This document shows positions 1 through 9,781 of a stretch of DNA of 61,355 nucleotides, in pieces. The notes under the pieces were generated by a model. It was not told where the DNA came from. It ran no database searches and was given only the letters and a program-made list of their open reading frames with translations. The stretch comes from Chlorobiota bacterium. Its GTDB lineage: Bacteria > Bacteroidota > Ignavibacteria > Kapaibacteriales > UBA2268. How positions within the stretch are numbered: position 1 is the first letter of the stretch; each line of letters opens with the position of its first letter. The stretch covers positions 1-61,355 of the forward strand of contig JBDHXE010000001.1 of NCBI GenBank assembly GCA_039810525.1. Reading direction: 5' to 3'. The translations under genes were made by a program, and so were the position numbers.

Positions 1-472
1 CTCTTCTGCAGAATGAGGTAATAAATGATTGGCCTCCAAAACCGGGATTTACAGACATTAAAAGTATGAAATCAACGTATTCGGCGGCTTCGTAAGCATA
101 GCTCATAGGTGTAATAGGGTTTAGCACTATACCTGCTTTAATACCAAAGGAATGTATAAGGGAGATACTACGATGAAGATGATAATTATTTTCGCAATGG
201 ATAGATATCATATCAGCACCAGATTGTGCAAACATTGGTATATAGGAGTCTACGTTTTCTATCATTAGATGTACATCGGCAAGCATATTATCTAATTTTG
301 ATTTTAGTGCTTTTACCATTAGAGGACCAAATGTAATATTAGGCACAAAATGACCGTCCATTATATCGAAGTGTATTATATCTGCTTTGCCTTTTTTGCA
401 TTCATTTATATCATTCTCTAGATTATAAAAATTTGCAGAAAGTAATGAGGGTGCAATTTTAATATTTTTCAT
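1..472 (-). CDS. rpe: ribulose-phosphate 3-epimerase (partial; C-terminus runs off the window edge)
   Basis: Hand translation from the ATG at 470-472: MKNIKIAPSLLSANFYNLEND...HFDIMDGHFVPNITFGP...DVHLMIEN...MSVNPGFGGQSF. These are classic Rpe motifs. The gene is not in the ORF track because it is truncated. Confidence 0.85.
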   Translation of the reverse strand, partial: MKNIKIAPSLLSANFYNLENDINECKKGKADIIHFDIMDGHFVPNITFGPLMVKALKSKLDNMLADVHLMIENVDSYIPMFAQSGADMISIHCENNYHLHRSISLIHSFGIKAGIVLNPITPMSYAYEAAEYVDFILLMSVNPGFGGQSFITSFCRR

Positions 473-510
473 TTTAAAGATAATTTAATTAAATTATTAC
501 AAAAATAAAG

Positions 511-565
511 AAAGAGCTGTTTTAATTGTAATTATTTTAGATAATTTGCATAAAAACAGCTCTTT
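511..565 (-). terminator. perfect 13-bp inverted repeat (aaagagctgtttt / aaaacagctcttt) with a 29-nt loop, between the tlpA-like stop and the rpe start
   Basis: The arms at 511-523 and 553-565 are exact reverse complements. On the minus strand the second arm is followed by a T-rich run. The loop is large for an intrinsic terminator, so this could instead be a protein-binding palindrome. Confidence 0.35.
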
Positions 566-585
566 AAATTTAAAATTAGATAGAA

Positions 586-1164
586 TTATTTAAGTATTCT
601 ATTGATTGATGTCATAAATGTTGCTTTGTCTCTCATTCCAACTATTTTTTCAACTATATTCCCTTTGGTATCTACTATAAATGTAGTAGGTACAGCTTCT
701 ATTCCACCAAATGCTTCGGCTAATTCTTTGGTTATAATAAAATTGGGGTAATTAATCTGATTAGAATTTGCAAATTCAGCTACTTTGGCTACTGGGTCTG
801 CTACTTTTTCAGATGCCATACCTATTACCATAAAATTTTTATTTTTCAGTTCTTTATTAATTTCTATAATGTCTGGAATTTCTCTTCTGCAAGGTGGGCA
901 CCAAGTACCCCAAAAGTTAATAAACACAACTTTGCCTTTTGTAAATTCATTTAATGTTGTTTTCTTTCCGTCTTTGGTAAATTCAAAGTTCGGTATTGAT
1001 CCTTTTGTGCCAGTTTGGACATTCGATATTAAATATACATCTTTTGCCTTATCTTGATTAGTATCTGCACTAGCACTATTGTTAAAGAGGTATAAGCCAA
1101 AGATGGCTATTAAGGCAAGAGATAAAACACCAATAATCTTTTTGTTTTTCATATATTTCTCCAA
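586..1164 (-). CDS. TlpA/ResA/CcmG-like membrane-anchored thiol:disulfide oxidoreductase
   Basis: WCPPC thioredoxin active site (FWGTWCPPCRREIP), an N-terminal hydrophobic anchor, and a position directly downstream of ccmF. The ORF-track start is TTG; the ATG at 1150-1152 (MKNKKIIGV) is more likely. Confidence 0.8.
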   Translation of the reverse strand: MEKYMKNKKIIGVLSLALIAIFGLYLFNNSASADTNQDKAKDVYLISNVQTGTKGSIPNFEFTKDGKKTTLNEFTKGKVVFINFWGTWCPPCRREIPDIIEINKELKNKNFMVIGMASEKVADPVAKVAEFANSNQINYPNFIITKELAEAFGGIEAVPTTFIVDTKGNIVEKIVGMRDKATFMTSINRILK

Positions 1165-1186
1165 GTTTATAAAATTTATTAAACGA

Positions 1187-3493
1187 TTAAACTATATTCT
1201 TATTTGGTAATATTGTGTTATTTCTTTTTATATGTTTAGCAAATGCTATTAAAAATCCGATAACAGTAATAATAGTACCAGCCCATACTAAATTAATAAA
1301 TGGTTTGATAGTTACATCGAAAGTAAAGACATCAACTGGTTTAGGCATTTTTTCGTTAGATTTCTTAAAGAAAAATTCTAATTTAGAGTGTGCTATATCT
1401 TTCATATCGCGAGTGATCCCTATCATATTCACATCTATGCCATATTTATTAAGAGTTTTCCAATCATCAAAGCTACCTTCCCACGTATCTGGGTTAATAT
1501 GAGATACTATTGTATCGGTAGATTCAACTCCATTTAATTCTGTCTTGATGATAGTATTAAATACTACCATACCTTCTGTCATCATAGTTTTCTCGTCCAT
1601 ATTCAAAGATTCTATTTGAAATTTAATGTCTTTGTTAATTGGGATAACTGACATTTCGTTTCTCATTAAGGAAAGACGTGCCATATTAAAATCGGTTTCA
1701 ACAGCAATTGGTGCTACGTATATATCTTTTTTCATTTTAGCATAAATGCCCGGCTCTAGATAAGGAGATTTCCACTCGTTAAAGTTACTCCAATAAACGA
1801 TTGGTTTGACAATTGAATGATGATTATCTTTATCAATGCTAACAGCAAAATAGTATTTTTCTCTATCGCTCAATTCTTGTTCGATGCGGCTTTTGCCTAC
1901 AAATGTAAATTTGTAACCAAAGGCTGCTTTCGATTCATTTTGCTTCAGTCTAATTGTCTGGCTCTCTGAATATGCTCCTGCTATTACAGCTCCAATTACT
2001 AATAGAGATACACCAAAGTGTGCTATATATGTTCCAGTTTTTTGTGGAGTTTTGATAGCTTTTTTAATAATAAATTCTAAATTAGTAAGTAATGCAAAAA
2101 TAGCTGCAAAGGTGAGTAGCAAATAGTTAATATCTTTAATTCCAACTATATATAGTATTATTGCAATAACTATTGATGCTCCAAGAGGAATAGATAATTT
2201 ATTCAAAATCTCACTTTTTGATTTGGATTGCCATTTTTGATATAGTGATATTGCATTAATTATTAAGAATAGGAATGCGAAAATTGCACCAAAATTATTA
2301 TATACTTTAGGATCGATTGAAGCTTTGGGTTGTCCGAATAATTCTGCCATAATTGGCCAACTTGTGCCAATCAGTACAACTACCCCCAAAGCTAATAGCA
2401 ATATAGAGCCAAGAGTAAGAGAATATTCTTTGGAGACTGGTTTGAAGTTAGACTTTTCGATAAATTTGTTAATATCTTTAATTCTATAGATTAGGAAGAA
2501 GAATCCTGCAATACTGAATGTAGCCATAAATATAATTAGAAGATTATATATTATAGCACCGGGTGTAACGAATGAATGCACAGATGTATCGCCCAATACC
2601 CCACTTCGTGTAAGGAATGTAGCATATAGCACAAACACGAAGGTCAAAATAGCTAATACAAAATTCGTTTTTACTAATCCATTAGTTTTCTTTTGGACAA
2701 TCAATGTATGTATTAATACTACACAGAATATCCATGGTATCAATGATGAATTCTCTACTGGGTCCCAAGCCCAAAAGCCTCCCCATCCGAGAGTTTCATA
2801 AGCCCAAAAGCCTCCTAACATCAGTCCAAGCCCTAATATAGCCCCACCAATCAAAGCCCATGGCATCACATCTTTTACCCAATTTTTATATTCTCTTTTA
2901 ATTAATGCAGCTAAAGCATATACAAATGGCACAGTCATCAAAGAATACCCAGTGAACAATGTAGGTGGATGTATATTAATCCAGTAATTCTGCAAAATAG
3001 GGTTAAGCCCTCGCCCATTGGGTGGAATAAATCCTACTTTCAGTTTTTCTTCTGCAAAGGTCTCCCAAACATAATCAAATGGGCTCTTGAATATTAATAT
3101 TATTGCAATAAAAAATAGCACTAGACTAAATATGCCCATAACATAGGGCTCTAATTCACTATTTTTGGAAGACTGGGAAAGGAACAGCCCTACAATAGAC
3201 ATTATCAATAACCATAGCAAGAATGAGCCTTGCTGCCCTGAATAGAATGTAGCAACTAAAAGAAAATTGTGTAATTCACGAGATGAATATTCCCAAATGT
3301 AAGTATATTGAAAATTGTGAATTAATATATTATATAATAAGAATATAGATGTAGCAACAACAGAAAAAGCAGTGGCATAAAAAAGCCAAGTAGCATATTT
3401 CCTTAATTCAGTCCTTTTATCGGATATTAAATAAATTAAGGTAGATAAGATACTAAAAACGGCAATAGAATAAACAAAAATTTTCCCTAACAT
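1187..3493 (-). CDS. ccmF: cytochrome c-type biogenesis protein CcmF (heme lyase component)
   Basis: Multi-TM protein with the Trp-rich WWD motif LGWGGFWAWDPVENSSLIPW and HPPTLFTGY, both matching CcmF. It sits next to ccmE. Confidence 0.9.
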   Translation of the reverse strand: MLGKIFVYSIAVFSILSTLIYLISDKRTELRKYATWLFYATAFSVVATSIFLLYNILIHNFQYTYIWEYSSRELHNFLLVATFYSGQQGSFLLWLLIMSIVGLFLSQSSKNSELEPYVMGIFSLVLFFIAIILIFKSPFDYVWETFAEEKLKVGFIPPNGRGLNPILQNYWINIHPPTLFTGYSLMTVPFVYALAALIKREYKNWVKDVMPWALIGGAILGLGLMLGGFWAYETLGWGGFWAWDPVENSSLIPWIFCVVLIHTLIVQKKTNGLVKTNFVLAILTFVFVLYATFLTRSGVLGDTSVHSFVTPGAIIYNLLIIFMATFSIAGFFFLIYRIKDINKFIEKSNFKPVSKEYSLTLGSILLLALGVVVLIGTSWPIMAELFGQPKASIDPKVYNNFGAIFAFLFLIINAISLYQKWQSKSKSEILNKLSIPLGASIVIAIILYIVGIKDINYLLLTFAAIFALLTNLEFIIKKAIKTPQKTGTYIAHFGVSLLVIGAVIAGAYSESQTIRLKQNESKAAFGYKFTFVGKSRIEQELSDREKYYFAVSIDKDNHHSIVKPIVYWSNFNEWKSPYLEPGIYAKMKKDIYVAPIAVETDFNMARLSLMRNEMSVIPINKDIKFQIESLNMDEKTMMTEGMVVFNTIIKTELNGVESTDTIVSHINPDTWEGSFDDWKTLNKYGIDVNMIGITRDMKDIAHSKLEFFFKKSNEKMPKPVDVFTFDVTIKPFINLVWAGTIITVIGFLIAFAKHIKRNNTILPNKNIV

Positions 3494-3513
3494 TTCAAGC
3501 CTTATTTTATGAT

Positions 3514-3972
3514 TTATTTGCTATTTTCTTGATACAAACTAGTACCTTTCAAATCATCATATTTACCTTCATATTTAGAGGGGCATTTAGTTAGGATGTC
3601 AGTGGCATAGAATTGCCCATCTTTGTATTGACCTTTTATTACAAGCATAGGCGCTACGTCAAAGTTATTAGGTTTGCCGCCATTAGCTATGATTTGTGTT
3701 TTATTGCCTTTCTCATCTATCATTTTAAATTTGAAAATATTAGTTTCAGTATTTACATCTACTGGCTCACTTTTGTCCCAAGAGCCGATTACTTGCACTA
3801 CTTTGCCTGATGTTTGTGCATTTTTGAAATCTGAATATTCGATTTTACTTGAATCGAAAGACATTACTGCAAGTATTACAAAGGCAAACCCAATGATAAC
3901 TCCAATTATATATTTCATCTTCATATTTATTTCTCTTAAAATTATTTTTAGAAATACTAAAATACAAAACAA
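3514..3972 (-). CDS. ccmE: heme chaperone CcmE, cysteine (CxxxY) variant
   Basis: Single N-terminal TM helix plus an OB-like domain. The C-terminal ...ATDILTKCPSKYEG aligns with E. coli ...AKEVLAKHDENYTPP, so Cys replaces the heme-binding His. The true start is probably M17 (about 3924), because the track start is TTG. Confidence 0.8.
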   Translation of the reverse strand: MFCILVFLKIILREINMKMKYIIGVIIGFAFVILAVMSFDSSKIEYSDFKNAQTSGKVVQVIGSWDKSEPVDVNTETNIFKFKMIDEKGNKTQIIANGGKPNNFDVAPMLVIKGQYKDGQFYATDILTKCPSKYEGKYDDLKGTSLYQENSK

Positions 3973-3987
3973 TTAACTAACTACAAA

Positions 3988-4152
3988 TCATATAATCTCT
4001 TTTAAATCTTTATTTAAATTACGATTAATTTTCTTTTCTAGATTAGTTACTTTTTTATCAATAGCAAAGAGGTAGATAGCTAAACCAAACCAAATGATAA
4101 GTGCAATAGAAAGCACTAAAAATATTGAATTGTTGTGGATAAATTCTTCCAT
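3988..4152 (-). CDS. ccmD: CcmD-like small membrane protein (54 aa)
   Basis: Hand translation: MEEFIHNNSIFLVLSIALIIWFGLAIYLFAIDKKVTNLEKKINRNLNKDLKEII. It has one TM helix and lies between ccmC and ccmE. Its ATG overlaps the ccmC TAA stop by 1 nt. It is below the ORF-track size cutoff. Confidence 0.5.
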   Translation of the reverse strand: MEEFIHNNSIFLVLSIALIIWFGLAIYLFAIDKKVTNLEKKINRNLNKDLKEII

Positions 4153-5222
4153 TATATTTGACCTTCATTATTATAAGAAATTTGTTTGTATCTAACAATT
4201 ACATTTAAAATCCAAAAATATATTATTGTGAAAGATAAAATAGCAAGCCCAAATCCATAGATTAGAGTAGTATCTAATGAGCTGGGTTGCTGGGAAACTA
4301 ATGGACCGGAGTTTGAATCATCAGCCGAACCTGGATGCAATCCACTTGACAATCTAGGAACAATAAATATTAGGAATGGTACTGTAATAAACGAAATTAT
4401 TGAATAGACTGCACTTAGCTTTGCTCTCTTATCTTCATTCTCAATAGCTGATCGTAATGCAAAATACGCAATATATATCATAATTAGCACTAATATTGAA
4501 GTCTGGCGTGGGTCCCAATTCCAATATGAACCCCAATTATATTTAGCCCACATCATACCTGTAATAGTTGCTAATATAGCATACAATGTACCTAAAGAAG
4601 CTGTGGTTGATGTATAATTATCCCAAATCATTTCTTTGGATTTTAGGTATTTAATTGCATACATCATAGACATCAAAAATGCGATTACAGCTATCCAAGA
4701 GAGTGGTACATGCAAATTAAGTATCTTCATTCTCTCGCCTAAATTAGCTACGAAGGGGTATTCTATAATTGGATTGATTGCAATAGTACGGTTGTATTTT
4801 AAAGCGTTATTTATACTATCGAGTGATACATTGACCACTAATTTGTTCCCATCTATAAATTCTTTCGGTAGTTTGTATATTGGAATAATCAATTTATTAT
4901 TGTAATCTAAGTTTTCGAATTCATCATTTGATTTGGATTCATTGCCAATTACCATTTGCCAATATTTATAATTCAAATCGTATTGTAATTTAGATTGATT
5001 TACCTTAATAGCAATATTAATATCTTTATATATTCCTTTTTTGAGATAAATTGCATCGTGGGTATTGCCTGCAATAGGTGGATAAATTGTTAGAATAAGT
5101 GATAGTGCAACTAAAAAGATAGCTATAATTTTCCACCATAAAGGCTTAGCAATGTTAATTTTGGGATATATTCCATAGATGATAGCAGCTATTATGGAAC
5201 CAAACATTATAAAAAACTTCAT
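4152..5222 (-). CDS. ccmC: heme exporter protein CcmC with an N-terminal extension
   Basis: Trp-rich motif WGSYWNWDPRQTS and the multi-TM core typical of CcmC occupy the C-terminal ~200 aa. About 150 additional N-terminal residues are not typical for CcmC. Confidence 0.8.
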   Translation of the reverse strand: MKFFIMFGSIIAAIIYGIYPKINIAKPLWWKIIAIFLVALSLILTIYPPIAGNTHDAIYLKKGIYKDINIAIKVNQSKLQYDLNYKYWQMVIGNESKSNDEFENLDYNNKLIIPIYKLPKEFIDGNKLVVNVSLDSINNALKYNRTIAINPIIEYPFVANLGERMKILNLHVPLSWIAVIAFLMSMMYAIKYLKSKEMIWDNYTSTTASLGTLYAILATITGMMWAKYNWGSYWNWDPRQTSILVLIMIYIAYFALRSAIENEDKRAKLSAVYSIISFITVPFLIFIVPRLSSGLHPGSADDSNSGPLVSQQPSSLDTTLIYGFGLAILSFTIIYFWILNVIVRYKQISYNNEGQI

Positions 5223-5280
5223 TATTTATCCGTTTACTATATATATTGTATATGATAGACGAATATTTAAAAAAATAACT

Positions 5281-5772
5281 TTATAAAAGTTGTTTTTTTA
5301 ATCGAAGAATATTTTTATTTTGACTGCCATCTGAAGGTTTGTAGGTTATTTCATCCATTACACTTTTTATAATATAAATACCAAGCCCTCCCCTACTAAT
5401 TTTGCTGAAATACTCATTAATATTTAGATCTGGACGTTCAGTCAAATCAAATGGAGTAGAATCGTCAGCAATATTTATAATAAAATCGGGTTTTTTAGTT
5501 TCTATTTTAATACATATTTCACTATTAGTATCTTTACTAAATGAATATTTAATTAAATTAGAGCATACTTCATCTACGGCTAATATTATTTTATTGGTAT
5601 CTATGTTATTGAAGCCAAAATCATTTGCCCAATATTGAATAAAGTTACGGATTTTTTCTAATTCATTGTTAGAACCGATAGTACAAAGAGTTTTGCTATA
5701 TTTATTTTTATTTTTGTCCATTAATAATCTAATTATAAAATTTCTTAATGGATATTTGTTCATCATTATCAA
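5281..5772 (-). CDS. anti-sigma regulatory factor, Ser/Thr kinase (RsbW/SpoIIAB-like, HATPase_c fold)
   Basis: N-box-like VDEVCSNLIKYS and G-box-like RGGLGIYIIKSVMDEI. It lies immediately downstream of a STAS gene. The likely start is M18 (about 5721), which removes the overlap with the STAS ORF. Confidence 0.7.
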   Translation of the reverse strand: MIMMNKYPLRNFIIRLLMDKNKNKYSKTLCTIGSNNELEKIRNFIQYWANDFGFNNIDTNKIILAVDEVCSNLIKYSFSKDTNSEICIKIETKKPDFIINIADDSTPFDLTERPDLNINEYFSKISRGGLGIYIIKSVMDEITYKPSDGSQNKNILRLKKQLL

Positions 5773-6085
5773 TATCGAATAGCATAGGGAAGCCTAATAG
5801 GTCAAAAACTGAGAAAACTTTATCGCTCATTTCAGCTAATTTGATATCACCATTATTGGCTCTCAATTCTTCGATAAAAGCCATTAGTACACCTAATCCT
5901 GCACTTGATATATAGTCAAGTTTTTTAAAATTAACAACAATTTTATGATTACCTTCATCAATAATTCTTTTCAATGAATTTTCAAATTCTGGTGCAGTAT
6001 GTGCATCTAAGAAACCTCGTATATCTACAAGTGTAATATCATTGCTGTTTCTACAAGAAACATCGAATTTTGTATTTTCTATCAT
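5729..6085 (-). CDS. STAS-domain anti-sigma-factor antagonist (RsbV/SpoIIAA-like)
   Basis: 118 aa with a conserved phosphorylatable-serine context (LDYISSAGLGVL) and typical STAS length and layout. Confidence 0.8.
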   Translation of the reverse strand: MIENTKFDVSCRNSNDITLVDIRGFLDAHTAPEFENSLKRIIDEGNHKIVVNFKKLDYISSAGLGVLMAFIEELRANNGDIKLAEMSDKVFSVFDLLGFPMLFDIDNDEQISIKKFYN

Positions 6086-6147
6086 TGCTGTTCCATAATC
6101 TCGTAATTAAAAGAATTATGACAAAAAATTATGCCAAATATTATAAA

Positions 6148-8229
6148 TCAATTTTTATAAATAGCAAATATAGTCATATCATCATGATTTAGTTCTTTAT
6201 TAACATATATTTGCAGAATATTATTAATATTTTGGATAAATAAATCTGCATTGCTAATTGTATTATTTTCTAATAGTTTAATAATTGGATCAAATCCGAA
6301 TTCAATATTATTATAAGTATCTAATTCATTTACGCCATCAGTGATCATAATTATAGCGGATTTACTATTTAGTGTAATTTTCTGTTCTTTTAGGTGTTGA
6401 TTAAATGTATTATTATTAGTCAATCCAACTCCTATTCCGCTTGGTTTAATTAAAGTAATCTTATCATTATCTTTATGTATAAAAGGAAGATGCCCAGCAC
6501 GTGCGATTGTGAGATTGCCTTCAAAATCATCAAATACTACAACAGACATTGTAATAAACATCTTACTTTCTACATTTTGATAAATAATTTCGTTAATACC
6601 ACTTAATAATTCCGTAGCTGTAGTTGCATCTTTTGATTTAGCCAATACGATACCTTTCAGCTGAGCCATATAGAATGATGCTGTAATACCTTTGCCTGAT
6701 ACATCACCAATTATTACACAGTATTTATCGTTTTTCAATTTGACTACATCATAGTAATCGCCACCAACTACTGTAGCTGGTATAGATATAGCAGCTGCAT
6801 TATAGTTAGTAATCTCTGGTAATGATTGAGGTAATAATTTAAATTGCATCTGTTGGGCTAGCATCATTTCATTTTTATATTTTTCTTTTTCAATTGATTC
6901 TTTCATTAATTCGGAATTTTCTAAAGCAATTCTTAAATTATCTCCAAAAGCACTCATTACTTTTACATCATCATAATCTAATGAATACTCTTCATTTTTA
7001 AAAATAACTATACTTCCTTTTCTGTTATCGAATAGGTAAATTGGTATAATTAACAATGATTTTATTTGATTAGCATAGTTTGATATTCTTGAAAAAATTT
7101 TATCTTCATATATAGATTCAATTAAATGTACATTATGGTAATCTTTAAATATATCTATTGTTAATTTTTCTTTATTTAATTCTAATAGCTTTGTACTATC
7201 TATATTATTATAATAGTTTATTTCATAATTATCATTATAAATTTCTACCCAACCTCCGTGAGCACCAGATGTTTTGATAGCTAATTCTGTTACTGTAGAA
7301 AGAATATATTTATCATCTTTATTAATTGATTCGGCTATGTATTTAATAAGAAATGCTAAATTATTAATTTCCTGATTTTTTTTGGTGAATAAATAAGTAG
7401 AAGGTAGCATATTGAGTATATTAATAAATAGCCTAAGATTTAGCACGAAAAATATAAGAAAAGATAAGCTAAATATCGACGATGCTATAGAATAGTATTG
7501 ATTTAATTCTATAAACATTGTATTATTGGTAGAACTAATTATTAGTATTGATCCAATTGCTGCATTAATCAATGAGAGTAATAGGAATTTGATTTTGCTC
7601 TTTTTATCTAAAGTAGCAACCCAATTGTTTTTGATTGGTACGTAATAGGTAATCCCTATTATAAATAGTGAGATAATAAATAGGGCTACATTTTGAAATG
7701 TTTCGTTAATAAATGCTTTGTTATTAAAACTATTAATAATGATATATACTATAGATGATACTGCAAGGATAATCAATGTTTCTTTGGTATTCTTTTTTCT
7801 TCTTGACCAAATCCACTTTACAGAGAATCCTAAATTTAAGATTGAAACAATAATTAGATATAAATATATGAATGTTTTTATTATAAAATCTACATAATTT
7901 ACATTTTGTTTAACTGGGACGAAGACAGTATCTATTAAGAAATATAGTACTATTACTATAATACATAAAAAGGTAGACAAAGTTAGTGTACTATCAAAAA
8001 ATGGAATTAGCTCATCATATTTAATATTAAAATCGGATTTACTTTCTTCGAAATAATACATTATAGCAACCCCAATAATCAACATACTGGTAGTAAAATT
8101 CCAAATCGAGTCTTGGGTCAGTATTTGATTCCTATCAATAGAAAATAGAACTATATCTCCTATTATTCTTATTATGAATAATAGGACACCGCTACTTACT
8201 ATCAATATTTTCTTTATATTTGCGTTCAC
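6148..8229 (-). CDS. membrane-bound GAF-domain PP2C-family phosphatase (RsbU/SpoIIE-like)
   Basis: An N-terminal region of about 270 aa is multi-TM, followed by a central GAF-like region. The C-terminal PPM/SpoIIE motifs are GGDYYD, GDVSGKGITASFYMAQ, ITDGV and DDMT. Confidence 0.8.
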   Translation of the reverse strand: MNANIKKILIVSSGVLLFIIRIIGDIVLFSIDRNQILTQDSIWNFTTSMLIIGVAIMYYFEESKSDFNIKYDELIPFFDSTLTLSTFLCIIVIVLYFLIDTVFVPVKQNVNYVDFIIKTFIYLYLIIVSILNLGFSVKWIWSRRKKNTKETLIILAVSSIVYIIINSFNNKAFINETFQNVALFIISLFIIGITYYVPIKNNWVATLDKKSKIKFLLLSLINAAIGSILIISSTNNTMFIELNQYYSIASSIFSLSFLIFFVLNLRLFINILNMLPSTYLFTKKNQEINNLAFLIKYIAESINKDDKYILSTVTELAIKTSGAHGGWVEIYNDNYEINYYNNIDSTKLLELNKEKLTIDIFKDYHNVHLIESIYEDKIFSRISNYANQIKSLLIIPIYLFDNRKGSIVIFKNEEYSLDYDDVKVMSAFGDNLRIALENSELMKESIEKEKYKNEMMLAQQMQFKLLPQSLPEITNYNAAAISIPATVVGGDYYDVVKLKNDKYCVIIGDVSGKGITASFYMAQLKGIVLAKSKDATTATELLSGINEIIYQNVESKMFITMSVVVFDDFEGNLTIARAGHLPFIHKDNDKITLIKPSGIGVGLTNNNTFNQHLKEQKITLNSKSAIIMITDGVNELDTYNNIEFGFDPIIKLLENNTISNADLFIQNINNILQIYVNKELNHDDMTIFAIYKN

Positions 8230-8275
8230 TTCCGTTTATATAGATACGTTTATTCCAAAAAATTGTTTCTAAGAA

Positions 8276-9781
8276 ATGCAATATTTGATTGATTCTGAGC
8301 AAGCTAAATTAATTGATGATTATGCTATTAATAATCTCAATATTCCTTCTATTATTTTAATGGAGAATGCTGCTCGAAGTGCAGCCGATATTATAGCAAT
8401 GTATATCAGCAAAACTTCAAAAATATTAGTCTTGTGTGGCTTAGGTAATAATGGCGGTGATGGTCATGCAATTGCAAGACATTTATATAATAACTCTTAT
8501 TGTAATATAGAAATAATAGTTGTTGGCGATATTAAAAAAGCGACCATAGATAATAATATAAATCACAGAATCAACAAAAGTATGTGTCTTACTATTAATT
8601 ATATTAATAGTAAAGATGATTTAAATAAATTAGATAATAAATATGATGTAGTAATAGATGCTCTTGTAGGAATAGGTGGGAATCATATTTTAAAAGGAAT
8701 CTTGCCTCAACTGATAGCTATTATCAATCGTTTTGAAGCTATAAAATTTGCTATCGATATTTCTACTGGATTGAATTGTAATAATGGATATTCTGATGTC
8801 AATTCATTCGTAGCTAATCATACTATAACTATGTTTTCACCTAAAATTGGTCTATATATTAATGAAGGGCCCAAAATATCTGGAATTATTCATAATGCTT
8901 ATTTAGGGGTTAGTAATCAAATTATTAAAACCTATTCTAATAATTATATTTTAGAAGAGAGTGATATTCAAGTATTGAAGCCTAAGCGCAAAAAGGTAAG
9001 TAGCAAATTTGACTTTGGACGTATTTTGATAATTGGTGGCTCTGACAAATACTCTGGAGCGGCCGCTTTGACCTCTAATGCTTGTATTAAATCTGGTGTA
9101 GGTTTGGTAGAACTATTTTCTACAAAATTTCATACAGCTTTATTGCCTGAAATTATTCAGATAAGAGCTTTATCTAATTCTTCTGGGAACTTAGCATATA
9201 ACAATATAGATTTTTTAAATACAATAATTAGTAATTATAATGTTTTGGTTATTGGACCCGGGCTCTCTAATGACAATGAATCTATCAGCTTAGTAAGAGA
9301 GCTTGTATACAACAATCTTAATAAAAAAATAATTATAGATGCAGATGGATTAAGAGCTATTGAACTTGGAAGAAAATTAAGTAAGAATATTATCATTACT
9401 CCTCATATTTTTGAGTTTATTAATACTTTTCAATTAAATAAAAATGATGTATTAAGCAATCCTTATCATTTTGCTAAGTTAATTTCAATAGAATACGAAT
9501 GTATAGTATTATTAAAGTATATACCCACTATAATCACTAATGGTAGTGAATCTTATTATAATATAGGAGGCAATAATGGTATGTCTACAGCTGGTGCTGG
9601 TGATGTATTATCTGGAATAATAGCTTATTTTGCGGCTCATTATGATAGTTTGCTTTTAGCTGGGTCTATGGGTGCTTTGATACACTCACTTGTAGGTGAT
9701 ATTTATGCTAGTAGGTATAATGTAGAAAGTTTAACTGCAAGTGATTTGATTAATCATTTAAAGGATGTTGATTTTGAATAA
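8276..9781 (+). CDS. nnr: bifunctional NAD(P)H-hydrate repair enzyme (epimerase + ADP-dependent dehydratase)
   Basis: The YjeF_N motif GLGNNGGDG lies in the N-terminal half. The C-terminal carbohydrate-kinase-like half carries GGSDKYSGAAAL and TAGAGDVLSG. Confidence 0.85.
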   Translation: MQYLIDSEQAKLIDDYAINNLNIPSIILMENAARSAADIIAMYISKTSKILVLCGLGNNGGDGHAIARHLYNNSYCNIEIIVVGDIKKATIDNNINHRINKSMCLTINYINSKDDLNKLDNKYDVVIDALVGIGGNHILKGILPQLIAIINRFEAIKFAIDISTGLNCNNGYSDVNSFVANHTITMFSPKIGLYINEGPKISGIIHNAYLGVSNQIIKTYSNNYILEESDIQVLKPKRKKVSSKFDFGRILIIGGSDKYSGAAALTSNACIKSGVGLVELFSTKFHTALLPEIIQIRALSNSSGNLAYNNIDFLNTIISNYNVLVIGPGLSNDNESISLVRELVYNNLNKKIIIDADGLRAIELGRKLSKNIIITPHIFEFINTFQLNKNDVLSNPYHFAKLISIEYECIVLLKYIPTIITNGSESYYNIGGNNGMSTAGAGDVLSGIIAYFAAHYDSLLLAGSMGALIHSLVGDIYASRYNVESLTASDLINHLKDVDFE

